Positions 26,621-36,816 of a DNA stretch of 64,000 nt are shown here, piece after piece. The notes beneath the pieces were generated by a model. That model worked only from the letters and a program-made list of their open reading frames with translations, was not told the DNA's origin and made no database searches. The position numbers were made by a program, and so were the translations under genes. Position 1 is the first letter of the stretch; the number at the start of each line of letters is the position of its first letter. The stretch is taken from positions 92,976 through 156,975 of the IMG/VR virus record IMGVR_UViG_3300027976_000006; one strand, given 5' to 3'. Origin of the DNA: a virus.

Positions 26621-27571
26621 ATGCCAAATGAAAGCACTAATCAAAACAGCCTTACGCCAAAACAAACTTTGGTAGACGGTTGTCCTGTGCTGGCCAAAAT
26701 CCAGTGTCACGAAATCCAAATGGGTCAATACGCTCGTTTGTTGTGGAATTTAAAAACTCCGCAGGGAACTCTTGTCGATTTAGCTGGGGTTGCTGGCTGC
26801 TCAGATAGCTTAGCAATTAGCCAAGCTGGTGTTTCTTTCGATGCCGTCGGTAACCCTCCTTGTGGAGTTACGCTGCGTATGCGGGAGTTGACCGGAATTG
26901 ATCCGGTTAACGATTTGATTTATTCCATAGATACCACCATTATCAATCCCGCTACCGGATTGGTTCGAGCTGCGCCGCTACCTGATGCCATTGTTCGAAA
27001 TCCTGGAGTTTATCTGGAAGAGTGGGCAGTATTTGATTTTAACGGCAACATGCTGTTTAGTAACCAAAGCTGTGCCTTCGTACGCCGTGGATTATTCGGT
27101 GTCGATGCAGATATGACAAAGCGAATTCTCGGGCCCCCTACGATTGAAGAAATAAGATTGTCTATGCGGGACAACGGGCCAGCGGATAACTCACTGTTAG
27201 ACGATGTGGAGTTTGATGCGGCTGAAATCACGCAAGCTGTTTTGCGCCCAATTATGTACTGGAATGAAACACCACCTCCTATCCAGCCTTTGCTTACCAC
27301 TAAAACATTTCCTTTTCGAGAGATGTGGATGGTAGGTATTCAATCTTATCTGTTTGATATGGTGTCTAGCCATTATCGCCGTAATCAACTTGCTTATAAC
27401 GCAGGCGGTCTATCTATTGACGACAAAAATAAAGAGCAGCAATATAGAGCAGCCAGCAACCAACTCACTCAGCAGTTTCGCGAAATGTTACGAGCCAAGA
27501 AAATGGAAATTAATATTGGATTGTTTTCTGGGTCATTAAATTCAAGTTATTCTGGTGTGTTTTATTCTTAG
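26621..27571 (+). CDS. Putative head-tail adaptor/neck protein
   Basis: AAGGAG upstream; lies after the head genes; RNQLAYNAGGLSIDDKNK resembles neck proteins. Confidence 0.5.
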   Translation: MPNESTNQNSLTPKQTLVDGCPVLAKIQCHEIQMGQYARLLWNLKTPQGTLVDLAGVAGCSDSLAISQAGVSFDAVGNPPCGVTLRMRELTGIDPVNDLIYSIDTTIINPATGLVRAAPLPDAIVRNPGVYLEEWAVFDFNGNMLFSNQSCAFVRRGLFGVDADMTKRILGPPTIEEIRLSMRDNGPADNSLLDDVEFDAAEITQAVLRPIMYWNETPPPIQPLLTTKTFPFREMWMVGIQSYLFDMVSSHYRRNQLAYNAGGLSIDDKNKEQQYRAASNQLTQQFREMLRAKKMEINIGLFSGSLNSSYSGVFYS

Positions 27572-27587
27572 CATAGGGGCACCCAAT

Positions 27588-28457
27588 ATGCGTGATAACT
27601 GCGAAACAAATCAATGTCCTCCGTCAGATTGCTACAATGTTTTTGATATGGTACATGTCTCGTATTTGATACGAGGTGGTAGCCGTGTCATGTGGACATT
27701 GGTTGATACTTTTACAGATCCGACTCCTTGGGTATTTCAATTACAAGTCGGGCACGGTGGAACACAAACCGCCGACGACTGGGAAAATGTTGGTCTTCCT
27801 ATTACAAATTCTGTCTACGCCGTTGACCCAGGACAGGAAAATTACAGTACCGTATCATTACCCTTTTATTACCGTGTTAAGCTGACTACCTCTGTGGGGG
27901 TTTACTATTCTGACCCGACTATAAAAACTGGTATTCTTTCCGTTAAAGATTGGCGAATAGCAAAGGAAATTGTGCGGAAAGAAAAGTTACGCTTTAAGCA
28001 TACTTCACAAGATGGTTATCTGTTGAAACGACGAGCAATGGGAGCAGATTGCCCTATATGCCTAGATTTTCAAACACTGGAAACTACCAACCCCTATTGC
28101 CCGCAATGCTGGGGCACCGGCAAAGAGTGTGGTTATTTTTATCCAGTTGGCTGCATCTGGGCGGATCTTTCTCCGCAATCGCAGAATATGAACATAGATA
28201 ACCAAGGCATGCGGGGTACGGTGCAAGATATTAAAATAACAGCACGGATGTTAATGCTGCCTTTAATCGGAGAGCAAGATGTTTGGGTCAGTCGCAAGAC
28301 AGACGATCGCTATTATATTCACGCCATACAGCATACTACCGAAATCAGAGGCGTGCCTTTGGTGGCTACTGTAGAGTTACGCCCTGCCCCGTTTTCAGAT
28401 GTGGTTTACAGAATTGCGATACCGCAGCAAGACGAATGGCTGCAATCTTTAGTCTAG
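27588..28457 (+). CDS. Putative neck/head-closure protein with a Zn-finger-like motif
   Basis: CPIC...CPQCWGTG; C-terminal beta-rich DDRYYIHAI; neck position. ATG 27588 is preferred to the track start 27555. Confidence 0.55.
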   Translation: MRDNCETNQCPPSDCYNVFDMVHVSYLIRGGSRVMWTLVDTFTDPTPWVFQLQVGHGGTQTADDWENVGLPITNSVYAVDPGQENYSTVSLPFYYRVKLTTSVGVYYSDPTIKTGILSVKDWRIAKEIVRKEKLRFKHTSQDGYLLKRRAMGADCPICLDFQTLETTNPYCPQCWGTGKECGYFYPVGCIWADLSPQSQNMNIDNQGMRGTVQDIKITARMLMLPLIGEQDVWVSRKTDDRYYIHAIQHTTEIRGVPLVATVELRPAPFSDVVYRIAIPQQDEWLQSLV

Positions 28458-28464
28458 GACACTT

Positions 28465-28728
28465 ATGCCATATATTCCAAGATCGCCAGCTGCCGCCCTT
28501 CCTAACTTAGAAAGCGTGCCTCGTGCCCCTTCTCGTGCAACTTCAGGAAAGCCTTCAGTCCCTTATGCTGAAACTTCTAACACGAATAAAGCTAATCCTT
28601 TAGTAGGTCGGTTAAGTATGTTAAAATTCGATGTGCCGGCTCTTAGCATTTTAAATCACATAACAGGTAAGGAGTTTAAAGTCGATGGATACAACAGACT
28701 GGTGCCCCCCGAGCGTACCTCCTCCTGA
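28465..28728 (+). CDS. Small hypothetical protein
   Basis: AGGA upstream; fills the gap; overlaps the next gene by 44 nt. Confidence 0.55.
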   Translation: MPYIPRSPAAALPNLESVPRAPSRATSGKPSVPYAETSNTNKANPLVGRLSMLKFDVPALSILNHITGKEFKVDGYNRLVPPERTSS

Positions 28729-29416
28729 ACGAGATGCACCAAAAGTACAAAGTACGATTGATATCAGTTACTTGTGCGACAACGGGTGGCAACCTCTTCT
28801 TATTACTGGATTTATTCGGGATTTGCTTATCAGACAGTGGGCTAACCCACATAATATTATTAGTCCGGAAATGAAACAATATGGCTGGCAGGAACAAGTA
28901 AGCTCTGGTATACTTATCGAAAGTGTGTATCGTTATAGATCTGATCTTGTTGAAAAACGACCAGCTATAATGATAAAAAGAAATGCTTTTAAAGATATGC
29001 CACTTGGCTTAGGCGGTGGTTTTATCTTTGGAGGCGGTCTTGACGCATACGAAACCGAAAAGGGTGCAATTAGTCGGCACGCAACTGTATTTGTCGGTTC
29101 GCACACTCTTTTCTGCATCCATAAAACGGGTGCTTCAACGGAGATTCTTGCTGCGGAGGTCCTAGGGCATCTGGTTGCCTGCATGTGGCCGATTCGCCAG
29201 AATCTTGGATTGAGAAATTTCTCAGTCACCGATGTAGGGGCTATTCAAGAACTTGAAGAGTCCACCGAGAATTATGTGATTCCTATAACTGTTGGGTGGG
29301 CTTACGAGCACACTTGGGAGCTTAAACAAGAATCACTGCCCGTGCAAGGTTTTTCGTTTACTGGTGTACTGGATGGAGACGACATTAGTTTGAACTCTCC
29401 ATATCAAGGCCCATAA
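28685..29416 (+). CDS. Putative tail terminator/completion protein
   Basis: AAGGAG upstream; immediately before the sheath gene; RPAIMIKR followed by an alpha/beta pattern. Confidence 0.5.
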   Translation: MDTTDWCPPSVPPPERDAPKVQSTIDISYLCDNGWQPLLITGFIRDLLIRQWANPHNIISPEMKQYGWQEQVSSGILIESVYRYRSDLVEKRPAIMIKRNAFKDMPLGLGGGFIFGGGLDAYETEKGAISRHATVFVGSHTLFCIHKTGASTEILAAEVLGHLVACMWPIRQNLGLRNFSVTDVGAIQELEESTENYVIPITVGWAYEHTWELKQESLPVQGFSFTGVLDGDDISLNSPYQGP

Positions 29417-29447
29417 CTCTTATACATTCTTAGGCAGGAGGCCACCA

Positions 29448-32255
29448 ATGGCAACTTATGTTCTTCCGCAAGTTCTTGTTTTCCAGGATTTTACCATACA
29501 GCCATCCGTGGCTGCTAACCCTTTGTCCGCACACATATCGGGCGGGCATGCCAAGCTTGTTCGTTGGAGCGAGGAATCCGAACGAGAATTTGGTAATTTA
29601 GGTTTTTATGACAATGGTACTTCGTTAGTTTCGGCTTGGCCACATCGACCAGCTGGTGCGGTAATGGATACCAGCTACACTAAACTGTTTATAAAAGACG
29701 CATTGTTGAAGTATTTTACCGAGGCAACCAGCGGTGGTTCTAATATTAGTGTGGTTTCTAGCTACCGCAATAGAATTACATCTGATTCGGTAAACTTCAC
29801 TTCTAGTGGTGCGTATGTGCGTGCCTCCGCTTTAGGTAACCGAGATGCAAAAATTGGTGATGTTATCCGCATACGCGGTGTTGCTGAAGGAACTAATGCC
29901 ACGGCTGATGTCCTCACTTTATGGACTTACATTCGTGGATTTATCGCGGAGACAGTTGCTTCTTCCGTCGCTGCCCCGCTATCAGCTTCTAGCAATAAAG
30001 TAACTCAAGCCGCAGCTTCAGTTGCAACTCGGACTAGCGGGGTGGCTAACTCCATCACCATCACACCTGCGGGCACCTACAATGGGTTGCCTTCCGGCAT
30101 AATTACTGAAGTTTACACTCTTACCGTGGTGGACGGGTCAATCAATGGTGATTTGACTACCGCTCGTTTGCGTGTTACTTCAGCAAGCGGAACGGATAAT
30201 GTGGCTGCCTTGTTTCCTGCTGCAGGCGTCGCCGTAGGTGCACGCGGGTTGCTCGTGACTTTTGGTAGCACTCCTACCTCAGATACTGCGGCTACTTCTA
30301 CGGATGCTGGTGTTAGCGATGTAGATTTGTTAGTTGGGCAAGTGTTTACTATGACCGTTTCCCAGACATTTGACGCACCTGTCAAAGCAACAAGCGGAAC
30401 ATACACAAACACTGCTGACACTAACTATATTGTTACAGTCACTAAAGGCGGGGCATGGTCAGCTCACCCTGAGATTTCTGTTTCTACGGCAGACGGGATT
30501 GATCAAAGCGGCCCCACCATTATAAATACGACTGTCGCTACTTCTATTGGTAACTATGGCGTTTTAATCGAGCTAACCAGTACAGCTGGCTTGTGCAAAG
30601 GCGATCGCTTTTACATTCAGGCTACTGGCATCGGTGAAGGTGCAGTCCGAACCCTCGTGCTTGGACATAACTTAGACCAAACTTTTGGGGGTGGCGAGAA
30701 TATCGGAATTGACCTTTACATCCGCAAGCCACTTCTTGAAGTGACTCAGAATCGTACAGGTATGGCTCCGTTGACTAACTGGGATCAGTCTTCCCTTGAG
30801 TTTACGGTAAATTCTGGCATTGTTGCTTACGACGCTGAGGTAGGTATCGCAACTGCGTTGGATGTTTATTCTTCTGCCGCCCTTGGCTACGGTGAGTTAT
30901 ATGCTGAGTATCGTGCGTGGTTACCTGATTTGGCGGGCAAAGTTAACAGCATTATCGATGTTGGCAACATTGACGATATCTCGGGTTCATTAACTCCTGA
31001 CAATCCGCTTAAATGGGGCGTATTTAAAGCGTTATCCAACAACAACGGCACTCCCGTGCTGTACACTGCGGTTAACGATCCCAATGATATCAATTACTGG
31101 GATGAAGTGATAGAAGTGTTGTTAGGGAGAGATGACGCTTATAATTTGGTACCCTTGACCTACGACGCGACAGTGATTGGGCTGTTTCAAGCTCACATCA
31201 ATAGTGCGTCATCCGCATCTGAAGGAGCTTGGTGTGTGCTTTGGGCGAACTTGCAAGGCGTGCCTGAAATTCCTCTTGTTGCGGCTGCGTCTACTATTGC
31301 CAATCACATGGAAGCCACCAGCACAAATGGAGAAATTGTTTTGGCGAATTTTGAAGAAAATTCTGCCACAGATGCAACAGATTACACAATTTGTTATGTT
31401 CCCTCCGGCAACGCTGGGTTTGAGCACAACGGTGTAAGGCCCGGGGACATTGTTCGGGCACTGTACACTGGAGATGGTTTTGGCAACTTTACCTACAGCG
31501 AATTTGTTGTAGACGAAGTGCTGTCCGAAGACCAGCTCCGTGTCAAGACGGGACCTTCCATAGCACAGCTAGTTCCTTCCAAAATAGAAGTTTGGAGGAC
31601 ATTATCCGCCAGTGAAGAAGCTGTTGAAATTGGTAAAAATGCAGCTGCTTATGGGAATCGGCGCGTTAGAGCCACTTGGCCCGACCGCATTGAATCCTCC
31701 GGTACAATTCAACTAGGTTACTTTTTGAACTGTGCTCTCGCTGGTTTAGCCTCGGCAGTACTTCCTCAGCAAGGTTTGACCAATGTAGAGGTTGTCGGAT
31801 TTTCTAGTACACAACGCACAAACGATAAGTTTAATAAGCCACAACTAAATATTATGGCTACTGCTGGTGTGTGGGTTGTACAGCAGTCTGCTACTGGAAA
31901 CATACATACCAGACATTCGGTAACAACTGGCGATTATATTGATATTAACCAGCGAGAAGAAATGCTGACGCGTAATGTAGACAGCATCAGCTACCGGTTT
32001 AAGGATTACTTTGCTCCGTTTATTGGCGTTACTAACGTAACTCCAACAATGAACGACATCATTCTTGGGGGTATTGAAAAGCTAATTCGCACTTTGCGAG
32101 TAGAGCGGGCTACCCCTCAACTTGGCGGACAGCTGATTGGTGCAACTGTTGAACGTTTCGATGTGTCAGAAGTGTTTAAAGATCGCTATGTTGCTTTCAT
32201 TAGTTTGCAAGTACCATATGCACTTAACAACATTGAATTACACCTTGTAGTTTAA
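29448..32255 (+). CDS. Tail sheath protein
   Basis: N-terminal YVLPQVLVFQDF. C-terminal LNIMATAGVWVV...TRHSVTT...EEMLTRNVDSI...FIG...VPYALNNIELHLVV is typical of sheath C-terminal domains. Confidence 0.82.
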   Translation: MATYVLPQVLVFQDFTIQPSVAANPLSAHISGGHAKLVRWSEESEREFGNLGFYDNGTSLVSAWPHRPAGAVMDTSYTKLFIKDALLKYFTEATSGGSNISVVSSYRNRITSDSVNFTSSGAYVRASALGNRDAKIGDVIRIRGVAEGTNATADVLTLWTYIRGFIAETVASSVAAPLSASSNKVTQAAASVATRTSGVANSITITPAGTYNGLPSGIITEVYTLTVVDGSINGDLTTARLRVTSASGTDNVAALFPAAGVAVGARGLLVTFGSTPTSDTAATSTDAGVSDVDLLVGQVFTMTVSQTFDAPVKATSGTYTNTADTNYIVTVTKGGAWSAHPEISVSTADGIDQSGPTIINTTVATSIGNYGVLIELTSTAGLCKGDRFYIQATGIGEGAVRTLVLGHNLDQTFGGGENIGIDLYIRKPLLEVTQNRTGMAPLTNWDQSSLEFTVNSGIVAYDAEVGIATALDVYSSAALGYGELYAEYRAWLPDLAGKVNSIIDVGNIDDISGSLTPDNPLKWGVFKALSNNNGTPVLYTAVNDPNDINYWDEVIEVLLGRDDAYNLVPLTYDATVIGLFQAHINSASSASEGAWCVLWANLQGVPEIPLVAAASTIANHMEATSTNGEIVLANFEENSATDATDYTICYVPSGNAGFEHNGVRPGDIVRALYTGDGFGNFTYSEFVVDEVLSEDQLRVKTGPSIAQLVPSKIEVWRTLSASEEAVEIGKNAAAYGNRRVRATWPDRIESSGTIQLGYFLNCALAGLASAVLPQQGLTNVEVVGFSSTQRTNDKFNKPQLNIMATAGVWVVQQSATGNIHTRHSVTTGDYIDINQREEMLTRNVDSISYRFKDYFAPFIGVTNVTPTMNDIILGGIEKLIRTLRVERATPQLGGQLIGATVERFDVSEVFKDRYVAFISLQVPYALNNIELHLVV

Positions 32256-32264
32256 TGTAGCCTT

Positions 32265-32298
32265 TCTAGGGGGCTAGCCAGCCCCTTGGATTTTTCTT
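32265..32298 (+). terminator. Probable intrinsic terminator between sheath and tube genes
   Basis: TCTAGGGGGCT-AGCC-AGCCCCTTGGA stem with two G-U pairs, then TTTTTCTT. Confidence 0.6.
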
Positions 32299-32353
32299 AG
32301 TGACTAACCGCCGTAGTGGCAGCACGGCTTTATAACTTCAAGGAGTAATTAAC

Positions 32354-32914
32354 ATGGCAGACATCTATTCACGACAAAAAACGCAATTTGCCGGAGCTTT
32401 TGCTTCGGATGTTGCGGCTTTAACGCTTGCGGGGGCTACTACTGGTCTTGGTATAGTACAGAATGTTCAAGTGACATATGCGCAGCAAGTTGCTCGCATT
32501 TATGATGTTTCAAATGGCGGTCTTGGCGGAGGTGCCGCAGCCGGTATCGTTCCTGTATTCTACGTGGGCGGGCGTACTCAAGGGCAAGGAACGATTGCAC
32601 GAGTTCTTGGACCAAAATCTGGAGCTCTTTGCGACTTCTATAACAGCATGGGTAATGTTTGTTCCCCTCAAGATCTAACATTTACATTTGGCGGAGGTTG
32701 CGGGGTATCGGGTGCCTCAGGCAAAAATCCATCTAAAGTCGCAGCAATAACAAATAATGCGGGTAGCAACACTTTTAATAAAGTGGCGTACACACTAACA
32801 GGTGCACTAATGACCAACATTGGTGTTACCGTGGGCTCGCAAGATATGCTTGTAAATGAGAGTATTACACTCATGTTTGCAAACATGGAGTGCAGCGACG
32901 CTTCTGGTAAATAA
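32354..32914 (+). CDS. Tail tube protein
   Basis: AAGGAG upstream; 186 aa directly after the sheath gene; GIVQNVQVTYAQQVARIYDV and VNESITLMF patterns. Confidence 0.7.
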   Translation: MADIYSRQKTQFAGAFASDVAALTLAGATTGLGIVQNVQVTYAQQVARIYDVSNGGLGGGAAAGIVPVFYVGGRTQGQGTIARVLGPKSGALCDFYNSMGNVCSPQDLTFTFGGGCGVSGASGKNPSKVAAITNNAGSNTFNKVAYTLTGALMTNIGVTVGSQDMLVNESITLMFANMECSDASGK

Positions 32915-32937
32915 GTTAAATTCCGTATTTTAAACTC

Positions 32938-32968
32938 GCTGGCTCGACTTAGGTTGAGCCAGCATTTT
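32938..32968 (+). terminator. Probable intrinsic terminator after the tube gene
   Basis: GCTGGCTCGAC-TTAG-GTTGAGCCAGC stem, then ATTTT. Confidence 0.65.
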
Positions 32969-33007
32969 GAGTTTTAAACTCCAAACGCACCATGAGGTGA
33001 GACACAT

Positions 33008-35812
33008 ATGACATACAGTTCGGGATCGTCTGTTGACAGTAAACCTGCAGTATACAACAAGGATTCTACTGGAGTAACTGATGGTATTCCTCTGCGCCTG
33101 GTTAACGGTATACAAGGAAAATTAGATTCAGCTTCTCCTTGGAATCAATTCAATACCGGCGGTCAAGTTGGTGACTCAAGAAACAATGCAGCCATTCATT
33201 CAGCTCCGCTAGCTAGCGACACGCCGTTGCGTGTAGGCCGTGTGCTTTTAGCTCTTCCTTATGTCCATTGCTACAAAGTTCAATTAACAGGGCGACAAGG
33301 TACCTGTATAGCTACTGCTGCCTCCAATCATTCGCATACCCCGCTGGGCGTACGCTCTGGCGAGGTAATCCCGCCTAATTCTAATGTGTTAATCTGGAAA
33401 CCAGCAACCGCGGAACTCGCTTATATTTTAGCGGTACTTCCGTCGCCTGTGTTGCACGATAATTTTAACGCTTCAGACCACATCCAGCAGGGTGGTAATT
33501 CTGGGCCTAAAAAAGTAGAAGCTTATCGCAACATCCCCAAGACGGTAGCAAAAGGGCATGGCTGGGTTTCCCAGTCTTGTGGACGACCAATGGACGGCAC
33601 TATTGGCGAATACGTGAGGATGTCCGAAACAGGTATTGGACTTTTGATTGATTCTTTTCAAACTTATTTACGTGTAAATGAAACTTGCGGGCTGTGGTTA
33701 AACTATTTTGACAGCTACACTAAGCTAGCAGGTCTGTCTTTAACTATTATGTCGTACTGTACGCACAACATGCAGTATTACGATGAGGGCGAAAACTTTT
33801 CTATGCTGGGGCATATAACTTACCCCTGGGAAGCCGCTGGGATGTATGCCCCCAATACAAAGTTTTCTGAAACTAACGACATAGAAAAAGTTCAGTTGGA
33901 TAAGCAATTTCCATTCGGTTTAGAGGATTTACAGGATCAGAGCCAAACTCCAATTTATAGAGTAACCGATTATACGGGTTATCTCGGGCAAGGGTTTAAT
34001 CGGACACTAATGAAGCCGGCCAAAGACAGCGGCAAACGATTAATGGTAGAGACAGACAAAGATGTCGGCTTGTTTCAAGAATTAACCGCATTGGACGGGG
34101 GATACTCACTACGGTCGGCTAAGCATATTATGCTGGCCAAGTATCCGTTAATACCCAATCCCAGACGCATCCGCGCGCCAGAGGATGCTAAAGGCGACGA
34201 TTTACTAGAAAGGCCGGGTAAAGGAGAATATAAATTCAGCGGTAAATTTGGAGAAGGGCCAGAGCATAAAGTTCGAGATTGGAAAGACGACAAAGTTTCT
34301 TCAATTCCGAATATGCTGCGTCCTGCGGGTATTATGGATTTGTTAACCCACCATTATAATTGGAAATCCACTCACCCATTCTTCTACCATAAAAAAGATT
34401 ATGATTACCCTGAAGAAGGAGACAGCACTAGTCCGCTTAAAGCAATTAAATTTTATCGTGGAAAAATGGCTGAATCTTATGTCGAGATCAGACCTAAACG
34501 TTTAAAAATTGACGATCGGTACCAAGATGTAAATTACTACAACACGGCATCGTTTATTACACTGGCAGAAGACGGAAGTATTATTATTGCGGATGGTTAC
34601 GGCTCTCAGCTATTATTGGGGGGAGGTCAAATTAGGCTGGAGGCGGGCGGTGACATAATGTTAATGTCAGGTTCGCGCGTGGTAACCTTGGCAAAAGAAG
34701 CAATAATCAGGGCTAAAGAGAATGTAGATATATCCGCAACGGTACACGATGTTAGGATTAAAGCAGAACGAAATATGCAGTTGCTTGCTGGAAATGCAGG
34801 GTCCGGTGGGATGCTTTTAGAATCCAAAGGAAAAGGATCAACCCAAGCATACGAAGGTAGGATTGGAACTGAAGTTGCGGGGTCGGGTATAACGCTGCTA
34901 AGCCGAGGTGGCTCTGTAAACACTATGTCAAAAACTGCGTACATTCGCACAGGAGTAGACGAAGGTAATCCAGAAAGCAGCGGAGATTTGATCATTGATT
35001 GTGCTAATGGTCGTTCCAGCTTAGTGGCTTATGCTAAGTCCTTTGACTTTTTTAGCTCAGGCGGGCTGGGGCTATGGCATCAGCCGGTAGGCCAAGGTGC
35101 TGCATCCATGTCGCAATCTCATTATTTCAGCAGTAATTTTTCTAAAATACGAGGTGGACTAGTTATAGAAGGGGATGTGGCGATTGTTAAAAAAGGAGAA
35201 CTCGGGGTGGCCGGTGGTGTATATGCTATGGGGGTTATTGGTTGTGCTAAAGGAATGGCTTGTTTAAAAGGGGCAGCAAATATTGGGGATAGCTCGATAG
35301 GGAATTTTGTACCAAGCATTGCTAAGTTTATTGAAGAATTTGAAATTGAGGGAGACAAGTTAACCCGGGCTGGCGATCCTATTTTTGCTGGATTTTATCC
35401 TAATTTTATCTGGAAAAATGCACAGCCAGGCAATAGCAATTTACTCGGTAACCAAATTGGTTTTTCGTACCGAGATTTATCGGCAAGGGGTAATGCTTAC
35501 GATTACACTGCAAATAAGTTTTTCTTGCTGGAAACTCGATGGCAGCAGCTAGGGCGTATGGGTGTGTTACAGTCAGAAGGCGAGACTTGGACGGAAAAAC
35601 TAGTGCATTACCAAGGGCAAGAATTATATCCATGGCCTGGCAAACTGAACTGGTTGACTGAAGAAACATTTTTAGGCTACAACGACGAAGACAAATTTAA
35701 ACTATTTGGGACTAACGCAGCAAAAAGTCGTAAAGATAATACAAAAGATTACGAAGAGCCTAGCTTTCCTGACTGGAAAAAACGAGTTTGTGACGGAAAT
35801 TATTCAATGTAA
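33008..35812 (+). CDS. Putative baseplate central spike protein (gp5/gpV/VgrG-like)
   Basis: OB-fold-like N-terminal region (GRVL...YKVQL...PPNSNVLIW) and beta-helix-like repeats (ITLAEDGSIIIADGYGSQLLLGGGQIRLEAGGDIMLMSG). Confidence 0.5.
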   Translation: MTYSSGSSVDSKPAVYNKDSTGVTDGIPLRLVNGIQGKLDSASPWNQFNTGGQVGDSRNNAAIHSAPLASDTPLRVGRVLLALPYVHCYKVQLTGRQGTCIATAASNHSHTPLGVRSGEVIPPNSNVLIWKPATAELAYILAVLPSPVLHDNFNASDHIQQGGNSGPKKVEAYRNIPKTVAKGHGWVSQSCGRPMDGTIGEYVRMSETGIGLLIDSFQTYLRVNETCGLWLNYFDSYTKLAGLSLTIMSYCTHNMQYYDEGENFSMLGHITYPWEAAGMYAPNTKFSETNDIEKVQLDKQFPFGLEDLQDQSQTPIYRVTDYTGYLGQGFNRTLMKPAKDSGKRLMVETDKDVGLFQELTALDGGYSLRSAKHIMLAKYPLIPNPRRIRAPEDAKGDDLLERPGKGEYKFSGKFGEGPEHKVRDWKDDKVSSIPNMLRPAGIMDLLTHHYNWKSTHPFFYHKKDYDYPEEGDSTSPLKAIKFYRGKMAESYVEIRPKRLKIDDRYQDVNYYNTASFITLAEDGSIIIADGYGSQLLLGGGQIRLEAGGDIMLMSGSRVVTLAKEAIIRAKENVDISATVHDVRIKAERNMQLLAGNAGSGGMLLESKGKGSTQAYEGRIGTEVAGSGITLLSRGGSVNTMSKTAYIRTGVDEGNPESSGDLIIDCANGRSSLVAYAKSFDFFSSGGLGLWHQPVGQGAASMSQSHYFSSNFSKIRGGLVIEGDVAIVKKGELGVAGGVYAMGVIGCAKGMACLKGAANIGDSSIGNFVPSIAKFIEEFEIEGDKLTRAGDPIFAGFYPNFIWKNAQPGNSNLLGNQIGFSYRDLSARGNAYDYTANKFFLLETRWQQLGRMGVLQSEGETWTEKLVHYQGQELYPWPGKLNWLTEETFLGYNDEDKFKLFGTNAAKSRKDNTKDYEEPSFPDWKKRVCDGNYSM

Positions 35813-35821
35813 GGAGTGACG

Positions 35822-36769
35822 ATGATTGATTTGACTAATATGCCTGAAGATGAACGACGTTTGCTGGAAGAAGTGGCTAAAGCCAAAGGGCAGACTTTAG
35901 AAGAAGCGCTAGTCTCACTTGGGCATATTCTACCGCCGAAGCAAGATATGAAGGTGGAATTTGTAGGTATAGCCGCCGTAGACGACAAGGCTGAAACGAC
36001 TCCGGTGATATTAGAACCACCTTTAAAAATAAAAGCGGAGACTAGCACACCAATTGAAGAAGTAATCCCTAGCTTACCTAGCGATTTTGCTGTAGACGCA
36101 CCCCCGCCCGCCGCGGAAACAGAAGCAGAAGAAGAATCTGGCAAAAAAGAAGACGAAGAACTAGGTTCTGCTTTACACATGTGCCCTCAATGTGGCTGGG
36201 ATCAGCATATGCCGGTTATTCCAGAACCAAGCCAGTTTGAAAAGCTTGGGTTTTTACAGATGCTGTTAGGGCAAAAAGTATTTTCTAAAAAATATTTGCT
36301 GTACTCTGGTCATTTACGCCTAACCCTTCGCTCGTTAACTCTTCGAGAAATTGATGCGCTATACGAGGAAACATTTAGAGCCAAGAGAATGGGTATCATC
36401 GCGACAGACAATGATTTTTATGAGTACCTAAATAGGTTGAGGCTTAATCTTCAAATCGTCAGTTTATCTGCGCAGAACAGCGCTTTACATATTACATTAC
36501 CAAACGGGTTGAGTAAAGAGACTCATCCCAATGCCGAATCATTCTGGGATGTTTTTTTAGCCGAAAAGAATCGAGCCAAGAAAGCAACAGAAAATAGCCT
36601 AACCCTCGTGGAGCAGATAAGAGATTACATACTTTCTGATGTACTACCTACGGAACATTTGCATCGTATTGCTTCGCATACTTGCAACAAATTTAATCGC
36701 TTGGTCGTCAAGATGGAGGTATGCGTTGACGACCCAAATTTTATGAACGAGATCGAGCAGCCAGCTTAA
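35822..36769 (+). CDS. Tail assembly chaperone (lambda gpG-like position)
   Basis: Precedes the tape measure gene; LTLRSLTLRE motif; ends at a slippery site. ATG 35822 follows AAGGAG (track start 35816). Confidence 0.65.
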   Translation: MIDLTNMPEDERRLLEEVAKAKGQTLEEALVSLGHILPPKQDMKVEFVGIAAVDDKAETTPVILEPPLKIKAETSTPIEEVIPSLPSDFAVDAPPPAAETEAEEESGKKEDEELGSALHMCPQCGWDQHMPVIPEPSQFEKLGFLQMLLGQKVFSKKYLLYSGHLRLTLRSLTLREIDALYEETFRAKRMGIIATDNDFYEYLNRLRLNLQIVSLSAQNSALHITLPNGLSKETHPNAESFWDVFLAEKNRAKKATENSLTLVEQIRDYILSDVLPTEHLHRIASHTCNKFNRLVVKMEVCVDDPNFMNEIEQPA

Positions 36770-36780
36770 CTATTCGATCT
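36733..36780 (+). promoter_or_regulatory. Programmed -1 ribosomal frameshift signal
   Basis: In-phase overlapping heptamers C CCA AAT and A AAT TTT (36733-36742), a 7-nt spacer, then stem AGATCGA/TCGATCT (36750-36780). The -1 frame is open into the next ORF. Confidence 0.75.
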
Positions 36781-36816
36781 GCGTTAAAGGGGGTTATTGA
36801 TTACAGTAAAGCAGAT

